In this document: positions 38,579 through 50,605 of the stretch, in pieces
Layout of the letters: each line of letters opens with the position of its first letter
Numbering within the stretch: the stretch's first letter is position 1
DNA from: Adineta vaga
Taxonomy: Eukaryota; Animalia; Rotifera
DNA length: 64,000 bases
Reading direction: 5' to 3'
NCBI GenBank assembly: GCA_021613535.1
Contig: CP075496.1
Span: forward strand, 2,976,001 to 3,040,000
Position numbers and translations under genes: made by a program
The notes under the pieces: model-generated
What the model was told of the DNA's origin: nothing
What the model saw: the letters and a program-made list of their open reading frames with translations, nothing else
Databases searched by the model: none

Positions 38579-41500
38579 TTGAATATTTTAATCTAGAATA
38601 GTAAAAAAGTGATCGCTCATTTATCTTCCATGTCTAGACGCAAGGTCAATTGACCGTATCATATAGACATCTTTCAAAACCTAGCTTATATGATTGACAT
38701 AGTTTTATTTCGCAAACAAACTCTTTTCGTATGATAATTCATATAATAAGTGAAAACAAGAGTATCTTTTCTAAGAACTAATTATCTCTTTATCAGTTAT
38801 ACTAACAATTCGTCAATCATTTCTTTGACATCAAAAGACAAAAACAAACTAGAGGCTTTATCAATAATGACGATGTTATTCTTACCATTATTGATTATTT
38901 ATGCGACTATATAAACAATAATATTGATCACTATACAACAAAGCATGCACTAGTCACTCGTTCTACTTCAGTTGAAAAAAAACCAACAAGAATGATACGA
39001 ATATTGGATCGACATCGTGAAAAGAGAAGAAAGAGAAGAAGAAGAAGAAGAGAAAGAAAAGATCGGCATCTTCTTTTCTTTTCTAACGGCGAAAAGACGA
39101 GAAAAAGCAAAAGAAATAAAAAAAGAAACAGGCCTACCCAATCTTATTTAGCTGACAGAATAATCAAGGATGATGAGTTGTATTTTCTTTTTTTTCTTCT
39201 TCGATCTACAATTTACAGAACACGAACTCTAGTAATCGAGACACACATCCGTATATATATATATATATAAAGGAAGAGGAAAAAGAGATGAATGATTATT
39301 GCCGTTTATGTCTGTCAACTATTTTTCTATTCTTTCTACGAATGACGACATCAAAAATGAACAATGACCATTCACTTTTCTTGAGACACGCAAAAGGCTT
39401 CCGACAATTCCTCAACTTTACATTATATAAAGAAAAAGAAATTGGCTTCATTATCGTATTCATTTCTCGTCATTCCTGTGCACACATATGGCAAATATGA
39501 AGTGTAGATTCAAAACCGCAACAAAGCATAAATCTATCATCACTCTCTATTCATTCACTCTTCTAATTTCCCAAAAGAATTACATTGACACTGTCAACAT
39601 TCGATGCAACAGAGTAATATGCTTCATACAATGTGTGATTGTATTCTAACTGCCTGCTCATTCTTTCCTTTTATTTTTTTTCTCATATTATACTCAATGT
39701 CAATAGAGCTGTTTAACACAGAATGACTCCTTCTTTACTCGTGATGACATGAGGCCAGAATTGAGAATATTCACGTTCATAAGCACAGTATGAAGACTAA
39801 GATGGTACCTAGCTATAATTATAGAACGAAACTTAATGTACGTATAGTTAATAAGTGATCATAGATATGAATGAAAGAAAAAGAAATGATGAATAGTTTT
39901 GGTATTTTATCGGATACTAATGTATAAGAAGTACACTATACTTTGAACCATCTGTCTGTCTATCTAGAAGATTAATAGATTTTAAATGACATTAGCATTT
40001 ATATTTCATCTTATCATGTCAATAAGAAATTCAAATATCACCAATAAACAAAAAACGAAATGAAGCTTCATGAAAAATCATTTATAAAACTGAAATATTT
40101 CAGTTTCATTCATAATGTCTATACATATAGTCTGATCCAATAATACTGATTTGTGTTCTTAAGATAATAAAGCAATCATTGTATATATATATATATACTT
40201 GTATCATGTTGGTCATACTACACCAACTTGATGATACAATAGAGTAATATCTCATTTATTTATCTTGTATGATAAACGTTTAGTTGAATGTATGCTTAAC
40301 ATATAAGAAAGATTGTTCTCGATTTTCATAAGAAATATAATCTGTTATAGAGGAATCAATCTAACACATATGTAAGGTGTGTGCATGACTTTTTTTACTT
40401 GAGTAATACGTTATGAATTTTTTACTTACACACCAAATCAGAATGAATAAGATTCCATTATTATTGTTTGATGATGGTATATCACGCGATCTTAATTTGA
40501 ATAAACTTGAAAATCAAAGCTAGATGGAAAAGTTTTTCTTATGAATATTTATGAAGTTTAAAAGGATATTTATTCTACAGTTTGTCTTAATTATCAAGTC
40601 GAAGTGTTAGTCTTTTTTGGAGCATACGATCGGTCAAAGCACATTTGATAGAAATTGCTTTGTCGATGTTATTAAATACAAATGATTCATGTCTTCAGTT
40701 GAATCTCATAATATACAGATAATTTCCTGATGGATTTCACATAAACAACATTTCTTGAATGACACTTGTGTCACATGTAAAATATTTAGCAAATTCGATT
40801 ACCGATGACAAAAAAAACTAACATTTGACAGTAAGAATATTGCATGCATTCGAGAAACTCAATCCTTTTCGCCTGTAAAATGAATAGAAAATATTGACAT
40901 GATGTTTTTTTTCCTTTCGCTTTACTTAAGATCTATTCTGATCTTTTGGTTATTCGTCTCGAGTATATTTACGTGTTAAATGACTATTTACCGATCAGAG
41001 TTTTATACATCGAATAAAATTACGATTACCTTTTAGTCGATGAATGAATGATACACGTGTATACCTTATTGAAAATATTCCTCTATGAAATGAAATGTCT
41101 GGATTTGATTTTTAGAGAAAAGATTATATACACCTCTCAAAACCTATTAATTGATTTATTAAAGACAAAAAGACAGTCGACATGAGGGTTCGTATTAATA
41201 TTCTTAAGTGTATAAGTCATAAGAACTTCTTCGATGTTTTTGTTACTTAGAAAATGAATTATCGCGATTGTCGTTTTTATTGATAAGATAGTTTTTACAT
41301 TTAATGACCAATAAATCAGTTGTTTTTGTCACAAGATTGAGTTGATTACTGTATTCTCTTAGACAGTCTTTTACATAAGACAAGCGTTTGTATTTTTCCT
41401 AATCGATTTATGATGTTTCCTTTTTTTTCAAAGTATCAACGAGGAATGATAACACATTTGCAAGTAATTTCCAGCTTGACTCTACCTACGATTCTTAGAT

Positions 41501-42252
41501 CCTGTAGACAAAATAGGATTAGGACTAAAGAATGTGTTGATGATAGTATCCGAAATCTACTTTGATTATTATCACATTGACTCGTTCTCTTTTGTTAATC
41601 ATATGTTCGAACAGACAAAAATCAATACACAATATCCTTCTTCCATCTGTTAATTTATCTTCCGATTACAAACAGAAGAAGAAAAAAAAAGTCAACTATC
41701 TATAAAATGTCATCGCTTGTCAGTCAAACGTGTGCAAGAAAAGACTGAGATCTCTCTATCTATATCTGTTAGTTTTTTTTTTTGATAATAATTGTATTTG
41801 TTTTAGAAAAGAATTTTTTAATATTTGACGTTTACCTTTACCGAACAAAGTCTTCCCTTTCTTTCTCTCAATTTTTTTTGTGTCTGTTCGTTCTGTATGA
41901 CAACATAAAAAGGTACTGCTACCGTCGTCATCGATTGATTTCTTGCTTTATAGCTGTATATACACACGTCGAATACAATACAATCGAAAGAGAAACGACG
42001 ACGAAAGTCATCAGCAGCATTTTGACACCATCATTCATCAAACACTCATCATTGATTCTTGACAAGGTAATACAACATACAACATACACAAGTAAGTGAA
42101 CGATATGATATTTTTATTGTATACAATTATTATCACAAATTAGGAGAGATTGTAACAATTCAAACAAGATATATTTTCTTATTAAATTGATTTTTGCAAA
42201 AGAATCATCAACAAATCTATGTAATCATTGTTTCTTACGATATGTTTCTGTC

Positions 42253-44648
42253 ATGGTCACAGTTCTTTTACTATTCTGTTTGTTGGACCTTCACATTCAG
42301 ATAATCAACGGTGAGTATTGGTTAGAAAGAAAGAATAACAAATTATCGAATAATTTTTCTTTCTCATCTTTGACATAACTAGTGTTAATTGTCAAATCTT
42401 TCTTTCCTTTTCGACTTTTATTTAAATATTCTGACATATTAATGATAAATTACAAGTTTAAAATTCACAGTGAAATTCAATTCATCAATGCAACGTGAAT
42501 GAAGTCATTTGATGTGACATTGTATACTTGAAAAACGAGAAAGAAAACTAATTACTAGTAGAACTATTAAGACAAGTGTTTGAAAAGAAATCGAATGAAA
42601 GAAATGTAATAAGAAGAGACATATCAAGGATAACAGAAATATGGAATCAATAACAAAGCAAAGAAAACTAAAAACGTTTCTATTTGTGAACATTTTATTT
42701 TAATCTTTCTTCTTTTAGCTTCCTGTAGTGTTCCACTTGGTTTAAGTACAGGTGAAATAAAAGATTGGCAAATAACAGCAAGTAGTATTGATGAGCAACG
42801 TAAAGAACAATGTCAAGCAAGTTTTCTTCGTCTTTATTCGAATGCTAATAATCGTGCATGGTGTCCAAGAATCAATCAGCCACATCAATGGATTCAAATT
42901 GATCTTGGCACCCCAACAAAAGTAATTACCTTATTGAAGAAAAATTTCTTCTTTTCTTTTCTTTCTTTTTAAATTTAATTTATTCATATAAATAGTTTCA
43001 TGGCTTCATGACACAAGGTCGGCCAGGTTCAGGAGAGTGGATTACTGCACTTCTCATATCCCATAGTCTTGATTACTATCAATGGAATTATATAACTGAT
43101 AGTGATGGAAATCAAAAGATCTTTACAGGCAATCAAGATGCTGTTTCTATTCGATATCAATATTTTCAAATACCATTCTATGCACGTTTTATTCGTTTTC
43201 ATATTGTTTCATGGCATTTACGACCGAGTCTTCGATTGGAACTTGTTGGATGTCAAGGTTAAGAAATGCTGCTTTTTCATAATTGAATATTGAAGTATTC
43301 TTTTATTTCTATAGAATGTAATAAACCATTGGTCTACCTTCCCTATACTCGTTTTTCAGCATCATCATCTGTTCCAACTCGTTATCGTGCAACATGTCAA
43401 CCACGTGATGCGTTTCTATTAAGTAATAAAGGATGGTGTGCACGATACAAACAAGGTTTGATATATTTCTCTTGAGGCAATAAAATAAAATTTACTTTTC
43501 TTTTTTTCTTAAAGTGAAAGATAATTGGTTACAAATTGATGTTGGTCATCCAACACGTATTACAGCATTGATAACCAAAGGTCGAGGTGATCATGGTGAG
43601 CAATGGGTAACAAAATATACTGTCGCATTTTCAAATGATACACGTTTATGGATTTATTATAATGATGCACAACGAACAGATCCCAAAGTAAAATATAGAT
43701 CAATAGGAAAAAGAACAGGTAGTCTTTCATTTCGATCTATTTCTAATAGGTATTTAGTGGTAATTATGATAAATTACTTGAACGTGTTCATTATTTAAAC
43801 CAACCATTTACGGCAAGATTTGTACGACTTTTTCCTAAAGAATGGAATGGAAGATTATCGATGCGTGCTGGCCTACTTGGATGTCCACATAATGGTATCT
43901 ATTTTCTTTGCATAGAAAACAAAAGACAACGAAGAATTTGATTTTATCATTTAGGTCCTTGTTGTCTTGGATACTTTCGTGTTCGACCGGAAACACCATG
44001 TGGTAAGAAAAGAAATCGTTTTTTTTTTCTTTGTGAATGTTATGTTCTATAATTTGATTCGGCAGTGGAAAATCTTGCACATCGAAAACGAGTATCACTC
44101 AATGATCTTGGTCCTTCATCAATTTATTCTTCTCAACAAACATTTCTTTCTTATTTAATCGATGGTTATGATGCTCCAAGTCGTTGTGCAACAATTGATT
44201 CAACACGTTGTCGAAATAATGAACCACATCTCCTTATCGACCTTCATCGAAATTATCATATTCATGGTATCGTTATTCATCAACTTGATTCATGTATGCA
44301 TTCTTTTTGTTTCTTTCTTAAAATTATATATTTTTTTCTTTTTATTTAGTTTCACACTTATCTCAGGATGATTATATATCTCGATTTCAACTTGATCAAA
44401 TTGTTATTTATATAACACGTGATGTACATCTTGATTCTAATCAGTTTAATACGTCTCAATGTTCTTTGGTAACACGTACAAATTATAGTATTCTTTCTCA
44501 ATGTCTACATCTTCAATGTGAAAGTCCAATTATGGGCCGATATATTCATATTCAACTTTCTGGAATAAGAACAATTACTAATCGAACTCAAACACGATTT
44601 TCATTACCATTTAAAGCCCATTTTTGTGAAATTTATGCGTATAACTAG
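42253..44648 (+). CDS. Secreted protein with two discoidin (F5/8 type C) domains and a C-terminal fucolectin/galactose-binding-like domain
   Basis: Signal-peptide exon, CSVPLGLSTGEIKDWQITASS, AWCP..QWIQIDLG, TQGR, SLRLELVGC; second WLQIDVG..ITKGRG..SMRAGLLGC; ENLAHRK..IDG..LLIDL..GRYIHIQ..FCEIYAY. Confidence 0.88.
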
Positions 44649-45718
44649 AAGATATTCTCATTCTTACTCTTTTTCTTTTTAACTGTCCGGTAAAGAAAAG
44701 AAGACACATCGAATCTCAAATAAATACAGTAGAACATCTTATTCATGTAAACAATATCATTATTTTCTTTTTGTACATAATAAAACAACAAGTAAAATCT
44801 AATCAGTAATCATCTTTTCAATTTGTCCAATGATAAAATATAGAAACGAAACTCAACAGGTATGCAACGTATATTGTTACTTTGTTGTTCATAGAACGAT
44901 TTAAGTAATTTCTTGATAGTCATTTCTCCTATGAAATGCTTTCTTTCTTTTATTGAGAATAAATATATTGACTTATAAACAGAATTTTACACTATAGTTT
45001 GATTAGAACTAATGCTAATCGTTTTTCTTCATATTCTCCTGAGATTTAAATTGGCCACAGATGTCTTTTCAAGAAAGTAGTTTACTTAAGATACATAGGT
45101 AATGGTTACAGTCATTATGTATATTTATTTGTATTCTTCTCGTATTTTTATCAAACTATATGACTGATCATGAAAAACTATTGAGAAGTATCTTAGCATT
45201 ATAATATGATGAAAATTTGGTATATTCTTTGACAAAAACTTGTACTGATAATTTTAAACAGTGATGTAAATGAGTACATTTTTCATTGTAATCTTGACTT
45301 TTGACATCGATGAACGTAGTTTGAATGAAGTTAACATTGAACTAACAACTTGTCATATGGCATCGTGAATTTTTTTTTCGATTCATTACTACTTCGAGGG
45401 CAACTTCTTTCAATATATGCATAGAAAAGGGCACATACATTTCATTGGAGTCTTCATATAAATAAATGCATGTGTAATACAGAACATAGATGTTTGAGGG
45501 AGAAAGAGAAAAAAAACCGAAGAGACGAGAAATGTATATTTTTTTAGGAACAGAATAATGTAACCAGGAAAGAAAAAGAAAATGGAGAAAGTCGTACAAT
45601 GATGTAAGAAAAAAGACCGAGAAAGGACCAAACTATCAAGGTTGTAAAGAAAGAAGAAGAAAAAAGATCTTGCGTTTTTTTTCTCTTTTTCTTGCTTCGT
45701 ATGTACGTGTGATTCACC

Positions 45719-46330
45719 ATGAGATGGTTATGTTGTTCGCAAATTTTTAATATAATTTTAGTAATCATACTTCTTTGTTCTTTTACCGAAGGTTTGTTAG
45801 TTGAATTTCACATATTTTTGCACAAGTTTTCTTTATATTAGTTGATAGCAAAATTCGTCGTCGTCGACAATATCTTGATAAGAATTATGGTGCTTATGCA
45901 CTTGATCCAGCAGTAATATCTTATTATGGAACTGGTGGTGGTGGAAGTTATACAGGAAATTCTCAAAACAACAATCGTTTCATTGTTGGTGGAGTCGCTT
46001 ATCAATATCCAACGCCTGTCAATGTCATGAGCGGTGGTTCATACAATCCTCAACAATACAATGCTTATCCGAGTGGATCCGATGGTTATTATTATCGTAA
46101 GAATAATTCGAAATAATTTCGAAAGAGAAAAAAGAAAACGATATTTCGTTTTAGCTAATATGAATAACATGCGATTACCAGCACCGGATCGATGGTATTC
46201 GGGTTATTACTTTTTCGGATATCCATTTTTACCACTTCTCAATCATGCTCAACGTCATACAGAAGTTTCATTTATAATAAAACTGTTTCCTATTCTTTTT
46301 TTATTTCTTACTTATATTCGTATTTTGTAA
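45719..46330 (+). CDS. Tyr/Gly-rich secreted, probably GPI-anchored protein, 3 exons
   Basis: Spliced model: signal peptide MRWLCCSQIFNIILVIILLCSFTEVDS, KIRRRR|Q convertase site, YYGTGGGGSY / YNPQQYNAY / DGYYY core, hydrophobic C-terminal tail. Confidence 0.7.
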
Positions 46331-46656
46331 AAACATTTTTATACAATATAGAAATATATATGGTTACATAAGACATAAAATTGAACAAGAAAGGAATAAA
46401 ATGTATATTAAGAACGGTCCAATGAGTTATTTAGGTACATTATTGGCCAATATGTGATCATATTTCGTGTTTTTTATATTTGTGTTGTCACAACAACTAC
46501 TATTGTGATTCATTTTCATTCTACTTTCTTTTTCTACTTTGACGTCAACCATGGTCTTAAAAACAAGAAAATTTTTCTTTCAGTTCCTCAATAAAGTATT
46601 GCAATCGTGAAATACATTATTGAAGTTCTGTTTACATTTGTCAACATTGATCAATC

Positions 46657-46992
46657 ATGAAAGAAAGTCTAGCAGATATGGACATTGATATCGAGAAACA
46701 ACCAAACAATGATACCATTCCTCCTGCATATTCAACAAAATCATCGACAAATACACCAACGAAACAGGAACAAGTATCGAACTCTATGATGGAAAAAACA
46801 ACAACACAGTCTTCTCGAAGTCACTGCTGCAATAATTGTGAACACTGTTTGTGTTGCTGTTGTTACACATCACATACGTGTAATTCATGTTCATCTTCCG
46901 ATTGTCAGTGTTGCTCGATTCTTAGTTGTTTATTGAATTTCTGTGGTATTTTTTGTGACTGTTTAACTGCTATATGCAGAATATGTCCGTAA
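46657..46992 (+). CDS. Small protein with Cys-rich C-terminal half (CYSTM-like)
   Basis: PPAY motif, S/T/Q-rich linker, HCCNNCEHCLCCCC...CGIFCDCLTAICRICP. Confidence 0.7.
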   Translation: MKESLADMDIDIEKQPNNDTIPPAYSTKSSTNTPTKQEQVSNSMMEKTTTQSSRSHCCNNCEHCLCCCCYTSHTCNSCSSSDCQCCSILSCLLNFCGIFCDCLTAICRICP

Positions 46993-47909
46993 CTACCATA
47001 GATTGCATTACGATTAAATGTCGAGTGTAACTAATATTATATCTCTTTAAATTTTATAAACTACATTCAAAATAATAAAAGATATGAAATTGAGAATACC
47101 ATGACATTACTCGCAAAAATGTCAAATATACAATATGTTTAGAAAAATAAAATAACAACTAACGTTCATCGAAAGTCGATTTACTCGGTCCTATACTGTT
47201 ACGATCTACATGTAAATATAATTGTATTTAGATATAAATAAGATTTGATCTATACTGTACTTACAAAATATAACATATTCCATTGCGATTTCTGTCTTTA
47301 ATGGAACTTTGTCTGTAAGGGTGGATGAAGGCGGAGTACGTAAAGATCTCTTGACTTGAAACTTACCCTTACTTTTCTTCAAAAAACATATGTGAGTTTC
47401 ACAATAGAAGCGATCACTCTGTACCATGTTACCGATAAATCCGATGCACTGAACTGAATTTTCATTCCAGAGAACAAACAAAACCTCAAATCGGTATGTA
47501 CTATTATGATTCATGAATGTTTACTAAGCATAATAAAAAATACATGAACATGTGTAGTAATGTATATCTATTATAGTTCTTTATCATGTAGAAGAAAGAT
47601 TATTCATAGTAGTTACAGATTCTGAATATACCTATAGAAAAGAAAGACGTTGGTGTAATCCGCACAAACACTTGCGTATGATATCAATGCTTGTTGTCGT
47701 TCAATATGACATTAGTAATATGTTGATATTTTACTTCCGATCAAATTTGAGGAGAGAACAAGTTAATATGTATATAAAAAGACTTTGAAAAGTTTATTTT
47801 CAACTAACTATTTCATATTCTTCGTCATTATCGTCAAGAGATTGAATTAGTATTCAAAATTAAATTGATTCAAAGTGTACGGATAATAGACAAATTCTCG
47901 AATTCAATA

Positions 47910-48150
47910 ATGAGTGGAAAATCAACAAGTTCATCTGAAGTAACACGACAACCTGAAACATTTGTTAATATCGTTGAACAAAGTTCGAATCCAATTTTAA
48001 CTCAAAGTGATTCATGGAATTTTGAAAATTATTTTGCTCTATCGAGATGTTGCTCATTTTTATTTGAATGTTGTAATACATTTCGACATTTGTAATTCTT
48101 CATTCTGTGGATCAAGTGAATGTAGTACGTGTCTGCAATTTCATTATTAG
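47910..48150 (+). pseudogene. Probable frameshifted paralogue of the Cys-rich gene
   Basis: MSGKSTSSSEVTRQP...CCSFLFECCNTFRH stops at 48095, but the +1 frame from 48091 continues CNSSFCGSSECSTCLQ. Confidence 0.45.
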
Positions 48151-48735
48151 TTTTTTTGTTTTTCGCTAAAGAAAGAATGATTTTATAAAATAACTTCGTT
48201 TTCATTAGTGAAAAAATAGTTTAAAGGAAGTTTAAACAACAAAAACTACATCGAACTCTAGCTAATTTTAGTAAAAATGTATGTTTCATATGTATATAGA
48301 AGAAAATCTATATCTATCAATAACATAAATATGGTTGTTTTGGGAACGTTTTTTCTGAAAATACGCAAGAATATACTGGGATAAAATCTTATTTTGTTCA
48401 TAGTCATTGAACTACGTTTAGTGTCGCCATCTGTTGAAAGTTCCTCGCATATGAGACAAATGAATAATATAGTTAAATAGCTATCATTGTTTTGTGCGTT
48501 TTCCCTTCTCCGTATTCTCGTCCTTAGATCCTATTTGCTATTCAGTTTTTTTGTGTTATTCTTCCCATTCTTCTATAGAAAAAAGATCATATAGACAACT
48601 ACTGTTTTTCACCTTGATAATTTTATGACAAAATTACGTTTGTTTTTTTCTCTTTTTACTTGCTTTTGCTCTTTTCGTTTTACACAAGTCGTTTACCATT
48701 AACTTGGTTTTTCTTTCTTTGTCATCACGCGATTT

Positions 48736-49182
48736 ATGCTCGTTAAACATCTTTCTGAACCGTGGTTTTCTCTAACTTATTGTGGAAAAAAAACCATTGA
48801 AATTCGTCTTGATAAAGGACATTTTCACGAATTGAAACCTTCCGATATAAGTAAGTGAAAGACCTTTTTTTTACACATTAATTGACTTCTTTCTTTTTCT
48901 CATATTTACATAGTTGAATTCTATAACGACGATTTGGGTTTCAATATTCGACGAAAATATTGTGTCCGAGTTGTATCAATTGAAACATTCAATACATTCG
49001 AAGAATTATTAGAAAAACATTTATCTCACGCATTACCAACAGTTAAATCCGCTGAATTCGGTTGTCAAATTTTAAAACAAATCTATTCAAAAGATAACGA
49101 ATTTGAAAGATATCAAAAGTTAGCCATACAAATCGAACGTATTAGTGCTGTTCTTAATGAACCAACTCAATCATGTCAATAG
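48736..49182 (+). CDS. ASCH (PUA-like) domain protein of prokaryotic/viral type, one intron
   Basis: Spliced MLVKHLSEPWFSLTYCGKKTIEIRLDKGHFHELKPSDI.EFYN..VRVVSIETFNTFEELLE..LPTVKS..IYSKDNE..LAIQIE contains the ASCH GxKxxExR motif; intron ~48852-48914. Confidence 0.85.
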
Positions 49183-50313
49183 AATCCAATGAAATCTATC
49201 CTTTCATTCAATTTAATGGTCAAACAGCGCGTGAACTAGGTTTTGAACATGGAACTAAGTTATCCGAACGTATAGATAAATCATTAATAATCTATCGAAA
49301 ACAATTTGCAACACAAAAAACTTTCAATGAAAAATCTATTTTAAATTTATGTGAACAATATCGTCGAGGAATATCTTCATATTCAAATGAATATCTCGAA
49401 GAACTTGACGCTATAGCGATAGCATCTAAACAAGATCCTCTATGGATTATTGCTTTAAATTGTCGTCTAGAATTATTAAATCATTTAGCTTTTGGAATAC
49501 AAAATGAATGTACTGTTTTATATGATAAACAAACATGTCAATTAGCAGAAAATTGGGATTGGATTGAAGATTTTGAATATTTAGCATTTGTTAATTATAT
49601 TAAATCAAAAGATATTCTACAAATGATTGAACCAGGTGTTTTAGGAAAAGTTGGATTTAATTCCCATGGAATTGGAGTTACAATAAATTTTGTTGATCCA
49701 TCAATTCAATCAAAACAACCATCAAATATTCCTTTACATATTTCATTACGAGCCGTACTTGATGAAGCAACGAATTTTGAAGAAGCATTGAATATATTCG
49801 AACAAAATGGGCCTGGTTTTGGTGGACATGTTCTTCTTGGTAAATTTGTCAACTAATTTTATGTAGAAAACAAAGAATGTTTTTCTTCTATTAGGTGACG
49901 ATAAGGGTCAATGTTGTTGTGTGGAATTTCCCGGTGATCAAGTTCGCTTTATTCGAAACCATCCATATCATACAAATCATTTTTTATATACGAGTAATAA
50001 TGATCATATTAAAGATAAACCACGATATCAAAATTCATTGGATCGTTATAAACGAATTACGCAATTATGGGATAATAGAGAATCATTACAATCAATTTTA
50101 CTTGACTTTGATGGTGATAAACAAATGTATCCAATTTGTAGATCATATCAACCAACATCATTAGGTTCTGTAGGAACTGTTTGTTCGTTAATTATGAATT
50201 TAAAGGAAAGAACAATGAATATAACAAAAGGAAATCCAAGAAATCATCCGAAATTTTATGAATTTAAACTCAATCAAAAAGATTCCGTAACAACAGATCA
50301 TAGCAATGATTAG
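49173..50313 (+). CDS. Peptidase C45 / acyl-CoA:6-APA acyltransferase-family Ntn hydrolase, one intron
   Basis: G..RELGFEHG, YLEELDAIA, ALNCRLEL, NE-CT autocleavage Cys, AENWDW, PGVLGKVGFNSHGIGVTIN, HTNHFL, SLDRYKRI, TVCSLIMNLKERTMNITKGNP; intron ~49841-49894. Confidence 0.92.
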
Positions 50314-50605
50314 ATATGTCTATGTAATCGAACTACTCCTTTTTTTCTCTTGTTTAATATGAAAAACGACAATATTTTTCTCATACTTTACCGTTGATCT
50401 ATTTTCATTTAGTTGATTCAATAAAACAGAAACAAAAAAATCTTTTATCTATTTATTGATCATATCCGCTGCCTATCAAGGACACTGGGAACTGTAGAAA
50501 TACTCATCGTATAACTGCTTTGCTATTTTCTATTTGTATTTTAAAAAAGTATGGCATTGTATCATACGTCATCTCGAACTTCAATGAGCATAGAACAATC
50601 TCATT

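Noticed and set aside
38700-42200. Long gene-free stretch examined for transposons, ncRNA or arrays
   Set aside because: No transposase or RT ORF, terminal repeats or periodic structure seen; consistent with regulatory DNA and 5'UTR introns of two divergent genes.
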